From an uncultured bacterium (GTDB taxonomy: Bacteria; Eisenbacteria; RBG-16-71-46), in contig CAZZLY010000004.1 of assembly GCA_964655175.1 (NCBI GenBank), positions 15,465-79,464 of the forward strand: a DNA stretch of 64,000 nucleotides, given 5' to 3'. Position numbers and translations under genes: made by a program. Below the pieces are notes generated by a model. It did no database searches, was not told the origin of the DNA, and saw nothing but the letters and a program-made list of their open reading frames with translations. This document shows, piece after piece, positions 1 through 9,065 of the stretch (positions are counted from its first letter, which is position 1; each line of letters opens with the position of its first letter).

Positions 1-1026
1 ATGTTCACGAACGGCGACAACGACACGTTCCCGCTCTGGTACATCCAGCAGGTCGAGGGCTTCCGCAAGGACGTCCGCATCGTGAACCTGTCGCTCCTCA
101 ACACCGACTGGTACATCCGTCAGTTGCGCGACGAGGAGCCCAAGGTGCCGATCACGCTCGACGACCGCACGATCGACGTGCTCGGCGCCGGTGCGTTCCA
201 GGACGAGTCCGGCAAAATCATCTACACGAACGATTACATGGTGCGGCACATCATGACCAACGCCCTGACCGACAGTGGCTGGGTCAAGCAGCCGTACTTC
301 GCCGTGACCGTGCCGCAGGACTTCGGCTACCAGAAGTACTTCCTGCAGCAGGGCATCGTGCAGAAGGTGCTGCGCGATTCCACGTTGGCCGGGTTGGACG
401 TCGAGGCCACGCGCAAGGCCATGTACGAGACCTACCGCTATCGCGGCCTGCTCACCGCCGACGGTAGCTGGGACCCCAAGGTCTACAAGGACGACAACGC
501 GCAGAACCTGTCGAAGAATTACGCGTTCGCGCACGTGCAGCTGGCGCAGGAGTACAAGCGCCGGCAGGACTTCCCCAAGGCGATCGCCGAGATGGAGCGC
601 GTCGTGCGCATGTTCCCCACGTGGGTCGAGATCCAGTTGCCGTTGGGCGGGATCTACCTGGCGACGGGGGATTCGACGAAGGCGTGGGCGTTCTACGACG
701 ACCTCGTGAAGCGCGCGCCCATGAGCGCCGACGCGCACTACTACCGCGGGGCCTCGCTCGGCTACCGTGACAAGGTCGCCGAGGCCATCGAGGAATTCCG
801 TCGCGCGATCAAGCTCGACCCGGAGTTCGGCTACGCCTACTACGACCTGTACGGCACGCTCATGCAGGCCGGGCGGGTCCCGGAGGCGGCCGACGTCCTG
901 CGCGAGTGGGTGAACCGCCATCCCGACGACCAGCAGAGCGCGCAGCGACTGCGGCAGACCGAGGACCTCATGCGGCAGGGTGGGGGCTCACCGCTGGGCG
1001 ACCCGAACCTCGCGAGGCCGCGCTGA
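1..1026 (+). CDS. DUF2723/TMEM260-like (PMT-like GT-C) protein, C-terminal part with TPR repeats; probably 5'-truncated by the window edge
   Basis: Translation contains the DUF2723 signature GDNDTFPLWYIQQVEGFRKDVRIVNLSLLNTDWYIRQL, followed by TPR-like helical repeats (AWAFYDDLVKRAP, YYRGASLGYRDKVAEAIEEFRRAIKLDP). The expected polytopic N-terminal domain is missing. Confidence 0.55.
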   Translation: MFTNGDNDTFPLWYIQQVEGFRKDVRIVNLSLLNTDWYIRQLRDEEPKVPITLDDRTIDVLGAGAFQDESGKIIYTNDYMVRHIMTNALTDSGWVKQPYFAVTVPQDFGYQKYFLQQGIVQKVLRDSTLAGLDVEATRKAMYETYRYRGLLTADGSWDPKVYKDDNAQNLSKNYAFAHVQLAQEYKRRQDFPKAIAEMERVVRMFPTWVEIQLPLGGIYLATGDSTKAWAFYDDLVKRAPMSADAHYYRGASLGYRDKVAEAIEEFRRAIKLDPEFGYAYYDLYGTLMQAGRVPEAADVLREWVNRHPDDQQSAQRLRQTEDLMRQGGGSPLGDPNLARPR

Positions 1027-1030
1027 TCCC

Positions 1031-1981
1031 ATGACCCACGCCCTCGTCACCGGCGCCGCCGGCTTCATCGGATCCACGCTCACCGACCGTCTGCTCGCGG
1101 ACGGCGTGCGCGTGACCGGCGTGGACCTGTTCACCGACTACTACGATCCGGCACTCAAGCGGCGGAACCTCGAGGGCGCGCTCAAGCACCCGTCGTTCCG
1201 GTTGCTCGAGCTCGATCTGGGGGCGGCCGATCTCGCAGGGCTGCCCGAGGTGGACGTGGTGTTCCATCAGGCGGCGCAGCCCGGCGTGCGCGCGTCGTGG
1301 GGGCGCGAGTTCGCGGCCTACACGCACCACAACGTGCTCGCGACGCAGCGGTTGCTCGAGCGCTACCGGCAGTCGAAGCTGGAGCGGTTCGTGTACGCGA
1401 GTTCGTCGAGCGTGTACGGCGACGCCGAGAGCTACCCGACGCCCGAGTCCGCGCTGCCGCGACCGTTCTCGCCCTACGGCGTGACCAAGCTGGCCGGCGA
1501 GCATCTGGTGCTGCTGTACGGACGCAACTTCGGCCTGCCGGTGGCGGCGCTGCGCTACTTCACGGTGTACGGGCCCCGGCAGCGTCCCGACATGGCGTTC
1601 CATCGTTTCTGTCGGGCGATGCTCCAGGGCGAGCCGATCGCGGTGTACGGCGACGGCAAGCAGTCGCGCGACTTCACGTTCATCGCCGACGCCATCGAGG
1701 CGAACGTGCGCGCGTGGCGCCGCGCCGCGCCGCAGGGCGTGTACAACATCGGCGGCGGTTCGCAGGTCGAGGTGCTCGAGGCCATCCGGTTGCTCGAGGA
1801 GCGCCTGGGCGTCAAGGCGCAGCTGCGATTCGAGGAGCGCCCGCCGGGGGACCCGCTGCGCACGCGTGCCGATTCGGCGCGTCTGGCGGCCGACCTGGAC
1901 TACACCACCACGGTGAGCATCGGCGACGGTCTGGCCGCGGAAGCCGAGTGGGCGCGCACGCTGTACGGAGGTGCCCGATGA
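1031..1981 (+). CDS. SDR-family NAD-dependent sugar epimerase/dehydratase
   Basis: N-terminal Rossmann motif TGAAGFIGS and catalytic YGVTK (YxxxK) motif. ATG at 1031. The stop overlaps the next start (ATGA at 1978). Confidence 0.85.
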   Translation: MTHALVTGAAGFIGSTLTDRLLADGVRVTGVDLFTDYYDPALKRRNLEGALKHPSFRLLELDLGAADLAGLPEVDVVFHQAAQPGVRASWGREFAAYTHHNVLATQRLLERYRQSKLERFVYASSSSVYGDAESYPTPESALPRPFSPYGVTKLAGEHLVLLYGRNFGLPVAALRYFTVYGPRQRPDMAFHRFCRAMLQGEPIAVYGDGKQSRDFTFIADAIEANVRAWRRAAPQGVYNIGGGSQVEVLEAIRLLEERLGVKAQLRFEERPPGDPLRTRADSARLAADLDYTTTVSIGDGLAAEAEWARTLYGGAR

Positions 1982-2919
1982 GCGAGCCGCGCCTGTCCGC
2001 GGTCGTCCCCGCCTACAACGAGGCGGAGAGCCTGCCCGAGCTGCATCGTGAGCTGTGCGCGGCGCTCGACGCGCTGGGGATGACGTGGGAGATCCTGTAC
2101 ATCGACGACGGCTCGCGCGACGGCACCGACCGCGTGATCGAGTCGCTGTGCGCCCAGGAGCCGCGTGCGCGCGGCGTCCTGCTGTCGCGCAACTTCGGCA
2201 AGAGCGCGGCGCTCGCGACCGGCTTCAAGCTCGTGCGCGGCGAGTACGTGTGCACGCTCGACGCCGACCTGCAGGACGACCCCAACGAGCTGCCCAAGCT
2301 GTTCGCGGCGCTCGAGGGCGGGCTCGATCTGGTGTCCGGTTGGAAGGTCAAGCGGCTCGACCCGATCACCAAGCGGCTGCCGAGCAAGCTCTTCAACGCG
2401 GTCACGAGTCGGGTCGCGGGCGTGCGCCTGCACGACTTCAACTGCGGCTTCAAGCTCTACCGGCGCGAGGTCGTGGACGCGCTCGAGGTGTACGGCGAGC
2501 TGCACCGGTTCCTGCCGGCGCTCGCGCACTGGCGCGGCTTCCGCGTGGGCGAGGTGGGGGTGAACCACCGCGCGCGCCGCTACGGCGTGTCCAAGTTCGG
2601 CGCGTCGCGGTTCGTGAACGGGTTCCTCGATCTGCTCACCGCCGCGTTCATCTCGACCTCGGCGCTCAAGCCGCTGCACGTGTTCGGCCGCATCGGCCTG
2701 TTGTTCCTGCTCGCGGGCTTCGGGCTCGGCGGCTGGTTCGTGGCGCAGTGGCTGCACGGCGATCCACTGCGCGTGCGACCGCTCATGTTGTTCGGGGCCG
2801 CTGCGGTGCTGCTGGGCATCCAGTTCATCCTCATGGGACTGCTCGGCGAGATGATCGCGCACCAGTCGGCGCGCGACGATTACCCGGTGCGGCGTCGCTT
2901 CAACCTCGAGCGTCCATGA
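1978..2919 (+). CDS. GT2 polyprenyl-phosphate sugar transferase (GtrB/CsbB/ArnC-like, lipid-linked monosaccharide donor synthase)
   Basis: N-terminal GT2 catalytic domain (SAVVPAYNEAESLPEL, YIDDGSRDGT, DADLQDDP) followed by two C-terminal TM helices, typical of the GtrB/ArnC family. Confidence 0.8.
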   Translation: MSEPRLSAVVPAYNEAESLPELHRELCAALDALGMTWEILYIDDGSRDGTDRVIESLCAQEPRARGVLLSRNFGKSAALATGFKLVRGEYVCTLDADLQDDPNELPKLFAALEGGLDLVSGWKVKRLDPITKRLPSKLFNAVTSRVAGVRLHDFNCGFKLYRREVVDALEVYGELHRFLPALAHWRGFRVGEVGVNHRARRYGVSKFGASRFVNGFLDLLTAAFISTSALKPLHVFGRIGLLFLLAGFGLGGWFVAQWLHGDPLRVRPLMLFGAAAVLLGIQFILMGLLGEMIAHQSARDDYPVRRRFNLERP

Positions 2920-3605
2920 AGGCGTTCGTCCTGGCGGGTGGCCTCGGCACGCGGTTGCGGCCCCGGTTCGGGGACACGCCCAAGCCGTTGGCGCCCCTCG
3001 GTGGCCAGCCGTTCCTGGTGCGCCAGCTCGCGGTGCTCGCGGGCCACGGCGTGCGACACGCGGTGATCCTGGCCGGGCACGGTGCGGCGCAGCTGCAGGC
3101 CGAACTCGGTGACGCGGCCTCGGGCGTGACGCTCGCGTGGTCGGTCGAGCCCGAGCCCATGGGCACCGGTGGCGCGCTCAAGTGGGCCGAGCGGCACGTC
3201 GACGGCCCGGTGCTCGTCGTCAACGGCGACACGCTCGCCGACGGCGACCCGTGGGCGGTCGAGCGGGATCGCTGGGAGCGCGGTGCGATCGGCGCCGTCG
3301 CCCTGTACGAGGTGCCCGATGCGCGCTCGCGCGGCCGCGTCGAGGTGGGGGCCGACGATCGCATCGCGCGCTTCACCGAGAAGGACGACGCGTGGCACGG
3401 CGCCGCGTGGGTCAACGGTGGGGTGTACGCGTTCGCGCCCGCGCTGTGGCGGTTCCTGCCCGAGGGCGCCAGCTCGCTCGAGCGCGACGTGCTGCCCGGG
3501 CTCGCAGCGGCGGGTCGCCTGCACGGACGCCGTTGCACGGGGACGTTCTGGGACATCGGCACGCCCGAGGATTTCGAGCGCGCCGAACGGGAGCTGGCAC
3601 GATGA
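2916..3605 (+). CDS. hddC: Sugar-1-phosphate nucleotidyltransferase (HddC-like, GDP-heptose-type)
   Basis: MKAFVLAGGLGTRLRP nucleotide-binding motif. Short (229 aa) NTP_transferase. Translationally coupled (ATGA) to the following GHMP kinase. Confidence 0.65.
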   Translation: MKAFVLAGGLGTRLRPRFGDTPKPLAPLGGQPFLVRQLAVLAGHGVRHAVILAGHGAAQLQAELGDAASGVTLAWSVEPEPMGTGGALKWAERHVDGPVLVVNGDTLADGDPWAVERDRWERGAIGAVALYEVPDARSRGRVEVGADDRIARFTEKDDAWHGAAWVNGGVYAFAPALWRFLPEGASSLERDVLPGLAAAGRLHGRRCTGTFWDIGTPEDFERAERELAR

Positions 3606-4633
3606 AGACCGACATCCGTTACTACCGCGCGCGCGCGCCGCTGCGTCTGTCGTTCTGCGGCGGCGGCACCGACGTCTCGCCGTACCCCGAGGAGCACGGC
3701 GGCTGCGTGCTGTCGGCGACGATCAATCACTACGCCTACGCCTCGCTGCGCCCGCGCCGCGACTCGCGATTGACGCTCGCCTCGCTCGACTACGACGTCG
3801 TCGCCAAGTACGCGCACGCGCGTCGCGTCAAGTTCGACGGCCAGCTCGATCTGCTCAAGGCGGCGGTCAAGGCGCTCAAGGTGAAGCGCGGCGCCGACCT
3901 GTGGACGCACTCCGACGCGCCCCCGGGCTCGGGCCTCGGGGCCTCGAGCACGCTCATGGTGGCGTTGCTCGCGGTGCTGCGCGAGTGGCTCAAGCTGGAT
4001 CTGTCGGCCTACGACATGGCCGAACTGGCCTACCGCGTCGAGCGTCAGGACCTGAAGCTCGCGGGCGGCCGACAGGATCAGTACGCGGCCTCGTTCGGTG
4101 GCTTCAACTACATCGAGTTCGACGCGCAGGGCACGGTGGTCACGCCGCTGCGCCTGCGGCGCGAGACGCTCGAGGAGCTCGAGTACCGCCTGCTGCTCTG
4201 CTACATGGGGCAGACGCGGCAGAGCGCCAAGATCATCGAGCGTCAGACGAAGGGCTACACGAGCGGCCGCAAGAGCACCATCCAGGGCCTGCACGCGCTC
4301 AAGGCGCAGACCGCCGAGATGAAGCGCGCGCTGCTGCTGGGGCACGTGGACGGGTTCGGCGAGCTGTTGCATCAGGCGTGGCTGCACAAGAAGAAGCTCG
4401 CGGAGGGCATCTCGACGCCGATCGTCGACAAGATGTACGAGGTCGCCCGCAAGGAGGGGGCGCTCGGCGGCAAGATGACCGGCGCCGGCGGTGGCGGCTA
4501 CTTCCTGTTCCTGACGCGTTTCGACCGTCGTCATCGCGTGTCGGCCGCACTCGAGAAGCTGGGCGGGCAGGTCGTGCCGTTCCAGTTCGAGTCGCGCGGC
4601 GTGCGGTCGTGGTCGGTCGCGCACGAGCGCTGA
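3602..4633 (+). CDS. hddA: GHMP-family sugar kinase (HddA-like D-glycero-D-manno-heptose 7-phosphate kinase type)
   Basis: GHMP motif PPGSGLGASST; C-terminal KMTGAGGGGY motif; 343 aa. Confidence 0.65.
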   Translation: MKTDIRYYRARAPLRLSFCGGGTDVSPYPEEHGGCVLSATINHYAYASLRPRRDSRLTLASLDYDVVAKYAHARRVKFDGQLDLLKAAVKALKVKRGADLWTHSDAPPGSGLGASSTLMVALLAVLREWLKLDLSAYDMAELAYRVERQDLKLAGGRQDQYAASFGGFNYIEFDAQGTVVTPLRLRRETLEELEYRLLLCYMGQTRQSAKIIERQTKGYTSGRKSTIQGLHALKAQTAEMKRALLLGHVDGFGELLHQAWLHKKKLAEGISTPIVDKMYEVARKEGALGGKMTGAGGGGYFLFLTRFDRRHRVSAALEKLGGQVVPFQFESRGVRSWSVAHER

Positions 4634-4637
4634 CGCC

Positions 4638-5807
4638 GTGCGCACGCCCCCCGCGGAAGGCACCCGCGAGCGTCGCATCGCGCTCGTGGGCCCGGTGCAC
4701 CCGTGGCGCGGGGGACTGGCGCAGTATCTGCAGCTGCTGGGCGAGACGCTGCAGTCGCACGCCGAGGTGCGCGCGGTCACGTTCACGCGGCAGTATCCCG
4801 ACTTCCTGTTCCCGGGCACGAGCCAGTTCGATGCCGACGCGCCGCGACCGCGCTTCCCGACCGAGGCGATGCTCGATTCGATCGGCCCGTGGACCTGGCG
4901 GCGCGCCGCCGCGCATCTCGAGCGTTTCGCACCGGGCGCGGTGATCCTCAAGTGGTGGATGCCGTTCTTCGCGCCGGCGTTCGCGTCCACGGTGGGGCCG
5001 CTGCGCAAGCGCGGCACGCGCGTGATCCTGGTGTGCGACAACCTCGTGCCGCACGAGCCCAAGCCGTACGACCGCGCGTTCTCGGATTGGATGCTGCGCA
5101 ACTCGGACGGCTATCTGGTCATGAGCGACTCGGTCGAGCGCGACCTGGACCGGCTCAAGCCCGGCGCGCCGCGCCGTCGTGTGGCGCATCCGTTCTACGC
5201 GCAGTTCGATCGCGGCCGGCACACGCGCGAGTCGGCGCGCGCGGCACTCGGCCTGACGGGTGAGGTCGCGCTGTTCTTCGGCTACGTGCGCCATTACAAG
5301 GGGCTCGACACGCTGCTCACCGCGTGGAAGCAGGTGCGTGCCGAGCGACCCGGCGCGACCCTCGTGGTCGCGGGCGAGTTCTACGAGAAGCCCGAACTGT
5401 ACGAGACGCTCGCGCGCGAGGCGGGCGGCGTGCGACTGCTCAACCGCTACATCCCCGACGACGAGGTCGAGGCGCTGTTCCGTGCCACCGACGTCACCGT
5501 GCTGCCGTACCGTTCGGGCACGCAGAGCGGTGTGACGCACGTGGCGTACGCGCTCGGTTCACCCGTCATCGCGACGCAGGTGGGCGGCATCACCGAGACG
5601 GTGCACGACGGCTCGACCGGGCTCACCTGCGCGCCCGAGGACCCGGACGCGTTGGCACGCACGATCGTGCGCTTCTTCGCCGACGACCTGCGCGGCACCA
5701 TGGCCGGGCCCATCGCGGCGCTGCGCGAGGCGCACTCGTGGGAGACGCTCGCGCACGAGACGCTGGGACTCATCGACGACCTGCGGCCGGGACGGGGGTG
5801 GGCATGA
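4638..5807 (+). CDS. GT4 glycosyltransferase
   Basis: GT4 C-terminal domain (EX7E-like region ...GVTHVAYALGSPVIATQVGGITETVHDGSTGL). GTG start at 4638. Confidence 0.8.
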   Translation: MRTPPAEGTRERRIALVGPVHPWRGGLAQYLQLLGETLQSHAEVRAVTFTRQYPDFLFPGTSQFDADAPRPRFPTEAMLDSIGPWTWRRAAAHLERFAPGAVILKWWMPFFAPAFASTVGPLRKRGTRVILVCDNLVPHEPKPYDRAFSDWMLRNSDGYLVMSDSVERDLDRLKPGAPRRRVAHPFYAQFDRGRHTRESARAALGLTGEVALFFGYVRHYKGLDTLLTAWKQVRAERPGATLVVAGEFYEKPELYETLAREAGGVRLLNRYIPDDEVEALFRATDVTVLPYRSGTQSGVTHVAYALGSPVIATQVGGITETVHDGSTGLTCAPEDPDALARTIVRFFADDLRGTMAGPIAALREAHSWETLAHETLGLIDDLRPGRGWA

Positions 5808-7348
5808 GCCGCACCGCATGGACGATCGCACTGGCGGCGTTCCTGACGTTCGCCGTCACCGGCGGCGGTCGCATCGTGGGCAGCGACGAGGTGACCATGT
5901 TCACGCTCGCGCGCACGATGCTGCACGGCGGCCTCGCGGTGCCCGAGGGCGCCACGCTGCAGGGCCCCGACGGCCGCTTCTACAGCAAGAACACCGCCGG
6001 ACAGGCCGTGCTCGCGATGCCGCTCGTGGCGTTGGGCGACGGGGCGGCCGCTGCCGCCGGCTTCGCGGGCGAGCGGCGCGAACTCGCGGCGCGGTTCGTG
6101 GCGTCGTTCTTCAACGCGTTCGTGGCGGCGCTGCTGCTCGCGGTGCTGTACGACGCGTTGCGTCGTCTGCGCGTGAACGTGGCCGCCGCGTTCGCCGCCA
6201 CGGTGCTGTGCGGCTTCACGACGCCGCTCTGGGTGTACGCCAAGAGCTTCATGGCCGAACCGCTCGAGGCGCTGGGACTGCTGCTCGCGCTCACCGGTGC
6301 GGCGAGCGCGGGGGCGGCCCCGTCGCCGATCGAGACGCGCGCGGGCGAGCGGCGCGCGGCCCTGGGCGTGTTCCTCGCGATCTCGGCCAAGTTGGGCGTG
6401 GCGCCGCTCGCGCTTTTCTGCCTGACGGCCGCCGGGTTCAAGCGACCGCGTGCCTGGGTGCTGCCGATCGTCGGCGTGGGGTTGGCGCTCGCGGTCCATG
6501 CGCTCTACAACGCGGCCCGGTTCGGGACCCCGTTCGAGACCGGTTACGGCGCGCAGGCGTCGGCGAGCGCGTTCACGACGCCGCTGCTGGTGGGCCTGTA
6601 CGGACTGCTGCTGTCGTCGGGCAAGGGTGTGGCGTGGTTCGCGCCGGCGCTGTGGCTCGCGCCCTGGGGCGTGGCCGCCATGGTGAGGTCGCGTCAGCAC
6701 TCCGACGCCGCACGCCGCGGCGACGACGTGCGCCGCGCGGCGTTCGCGCTGCTCGCGGCGTGGGCCGTGGGGCTGTTCCTGTACGGCCGCTTCCAGCACT
6801 GGGGCGGCGACGGCTCGTGGGGGCCGCGCTATCTCGTGCCGCTGCTGCCACTGGCGTTCCTCGCGGTGGGCTTCGCGCTCGAGGGCGCCTCGCGCGTGCG
6901 CCGTCGCCTCGCGTGGGCGCTCGCGGCGCTCGGGTTCGTCGTCACGCTCGGGGGCGTGGGCATCTACTTCGGTGCGCAGATGCGCGAGGCGGGGGACTAC
7001 CCGTACACGCTCGCGCTCGAGGATCCGCACTTCATGGAGGCGAGCCACTGGAACCCGCGCTACACGCCGATCGCGGGCCACTGGCGCATGCTGTCGCGCA
7101 ACGTCGGCGAGCATCTGCGCGGCGAGGCCCCGGTGCTGGGTGAGAAGGGCACGCCCGACCCGCGCACCGGGATCTCGCCCGAGGAGCAGCGCACGCTGCT
7201 GCATGCGATCGACGTGTGGTGGCTGTACGCGGGTTACGCCGGCCTCGCGCGCGGGCCGCTGTTCGCGGTGGCGTTGCTGCTCGCGGGGGCGGCGGTGTGG
7301 GCGTGGACCCGGGCGTGGCGCGTCGCGCGCGCGGAGTCGCGCGCATGA
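5804..7348 (+). CDS. Polytopic GT-C-type glycosyltransferase (PMT/ArnT-like, uses lipid-linked sugar donor)
   Basis: At least 10 predicted TM helices. Conserved acidic DE motif in the first extracytoplasmic loop (GSDEVTMF), as in the PMT/ArnT GT-C families. ATGA overlap with the upstream gene. Confidence 0.65.
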   Translation: MSRTAWTIALAAFLTFAVTGGGRIVGSDEVTMFTLARTMLHGGLAVPEGATLQGPDGRFYSKNTAGQAVLAMPLVALGDGAAAAAGFAGERRELAARFVASFFNAFVAALLLAVLYDALRRLRVNVAAAFAATVLCGFTTPLWVYAKSFMAEPLEALGLLLALTGAASAGAAPSPIETRAGERRAALGVFLAISAKLGVAPLALFCLTAAGFKRPRAWVLPIVGVGLALAVHALYNAARFGTPFETGYGAQASASAFTTPLLVGLYGLLLSSGKGVAWFAPALWLAPWGVAAMVRSRQHSDAARRGDDVRRAAFALLAAWAVGLFLYGRFQHWGGDGSWGPRYLVPLLPLAFLAVGFALEGASRVRRRLAWALAALGFVVTLGGVGIYFGAQMREAGDYPYTLALEDPHFMEASHWNPRYTPIAGHWRMLSRNVGEHLRGEAPVLGEKGTPDPRTGISPEEQRTLLHAIDVWWLYAGYAGLARGPLFAVALLLAGAAVWAWTRAWRVARAESRA

Positions 7349-8256
7349 GCACGCTGGCGATCGTGGTGCTGTCGTGGAACGGACTCGCGCTCACGCGCGA
7401 CACGCTCGCGTCGCTCGCGGCCTGTCGCCTGCCCGAGGGCTGGCGCCTGCACACGATCGTGGTGGACAACGCCTCGCACGACGGTTCGCCCGCCATGGTC
7501 GCGCGCGAGTTCCCCGACGTCGAGGTGATCGCGTTGTCCGAGAACCGGCGCTTCGCGGGCGGGAGCAACGTCGGGGTGGCGCGCGCACTCGAGGCGGGCG
7601 CGGACGCGGTCATGCTGCTCAACAACGACGTCGTCGCGGACCCCGATCTGCTCGTGAAACTGCTCGCGGCGCTCGCCGAGCGCCCGGATGCGGGCGCGGT
7701 GGCGCCGCTCATCTATCATGCGCCGCCGAGCGACTCGATCTGGTACGCCGGCGGCGTGTGCCGGCCCGCGTGGGCCCACAGCGCGCACCGCGCGATCCGC
7801 CAGCGCGACCGGGGGCGGTTCCGTTCGCTCGAGGAGACGGGCTACCTGACCGGTTGCTGCCTGCTCGCCACCGCGGCCGCCTGGCGGACGGTGGGGCTGC
7901 TCGACGAGCGCTACTTCATCTACGCCGAGGATGCCGACTGGTGTCTGCGGGCGCGTGCGGCCGGTTATCGTCTGCTGTTCGTGCCGACGGCGCGGCTGTG
8001 GCATCGCGTGAGTGCGAGTTCCGGAGGGGCGATGAATCCGTGGAAGGTGTACCAGCGGCTGCGCGCGAACCTCGTGCTGTGGTCGCGCCATGCGCGTGGG
8101 TGGGGTCGTCTCACGTGGTTGCCGTCGCTGCTCGCGCAGCAGACCGCGTTCGCGTTGCTGATGCTCGTCCGCGGGCAGGCGGCCGCCGCACTCGCCGTGC
8201 CGCGCGCGCTCCTCGATGCACTGCTCGAACGCGATCCGGCGGAGGTGCGGCTGTGA
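7345..8256 (+). CDS. GT2 glycosyltransferase (rhamnosyltransferase-like)
   Basis: IVVLSWNG...VVDNASHDGS...LLNNDV (DXD-containing GT2 core). Confidence 0.8.
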   Translation: MSTLAIVVLSWNGLALTRDTLASLAACRLPEGWRLHTIVVDNASHDGSPAMVAREFPDVEVIALSENRRFAGGSNVGVARALEAGADAVMLLNNDVVADPDLLVKLLAALAERPDAGAVAPLIYHAPPSDSIWYAGGVCRPAWAHSAHRAIRQRDRGRFRSLEETGYLTGCCLLATAAAWRTVGLLDERYFIYAEDADWCLRARAAGYRLLFVPTARLWHRVSASSGGAMNPWKVYQRLRANLVLWSRHARGWGRLTWLPSLLAQQTAFALLMLVRGQAAAALAVPRALLDALLERDPAEVRL

Positions 8257-9065
8257 GTCTGCGCGCCGACAAGCCGGTCCGTGGGACGCACGAGCGTCCG
8301 GTGTTCCTGCGCGAGGTGATCGCGGCGCTGCCCGCGGGCGCGCGCGTGCTCGATGCGGGCTGCGGCCCGGGTTCGTGGCCGTACGCGTTGCGCGACGACC
8401 TCGACGTGACGGGCTTCGACATCAAGTTCCCGCCGGGGCCGCCGCCGCGCAACGCGCGCACGCGCGTCTTCCGTGGCGACCTGGCGCGCCTGCCGCTGCG
8501 TGACGGGCTGTTCGACCTCACGGTGTGTCACTACGTGCTCGAACACGTCAGCGAGCTCGAGGCGTGCTGCGACGAACTGGCGCGCGTGACGCGACCCGGT
8601 GGGCAGTTGTACCTGTCCGTGCCGCGCGCGGCCGCGTTCGATGATCGCCTGTACCGCTTCGCGGGCTACTTCGCCAAGTACGCCCTGTTCAAGTTCAAGA
8701 AGCGCGTCGAGCACCAGCAGCGGTTCGACTTCCACACCGTGATCGACCTGTTCTACGCGCGCGGCCTGCGACTGACCGCCACCGCGCGCGTGCCGGCGGG
8801 CTTCAGCTGGATGAACGATCGCCGCACCAAGCCGCTGCAGGCCGCGTTCACCGACACGCTCGCGGCGCTGCATCGCGCGTTCGGTCTCGATCTGGCGGCC
8901 GACGCCAACTTCGTGCTCACGTTCGAGAAGGTGGGCGAGGTGGGCTGGCGCAAGGTGACGCACGTGTGCCGCGAGTGCGGGGAGCACTCGGTCGTGAGCG
9001 GGGACGGCACCACGTGGGACTGCCCGTACTGCCACAAGCCCAACCCGTTCGGGCGTCCGCGCTGA
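8253..9065 (+). CDS. Class I SAM-dependent methyltransferase fused to a C-terminal Cys4 zinc ribbon
   Basis: SAM motif I VLDAGCGPGSW and a Methyltransf_11-like core. C-terminal CRECGEHSVVSGDGTTWDCPYCHKPNPF (two CxxC pairs). GTG start overlaps the upstream stop (GTGA). Confidence 0.75.
   Translation: MSLRADKPVRGTHERPVFLREVIAALPAGARVLDAGCGPGSWPYALRDDLDVTGFDIKFPPGPPPRNARTRVFRGDLARLPLRDGLFDLTVCHYVLEHVSELEACCDELARVTRPGGQLYLSVPRAAAFDDRLYRFAGYFAKYALFKFKKRVEHQQRFDFHTVIDLFYARGLRLTATARVPAGFSWMNDRRTKPLQAAFTDTLAALHRAFGLDLAADANFVLTFEKVGEVGWRKVTHVCRECGEHSVVSGDGTTWDCPYCHKPNPFGRPR

Noticed and set aside
3595-3612. TGGCAC hexamer near the hddC/hddA junction as a possible sigma54 -24 element
   Set aside because: No TTGC(A/T) -12 element at the correct spacing. 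GGCAC-like strings are frequent by chance in this GC content.
2900-5101. 733 aa minus-strand ORF antisense to the hddC/hddA/GT4 genes
   Set aside because: Arg/Ala/Pro/Ser-rich low-complexity translation with no domain signature. It is entirely antisense to well-supported genes. This is the typical stop-codon-poor shadow ORF of roughly 70% GC DNA.
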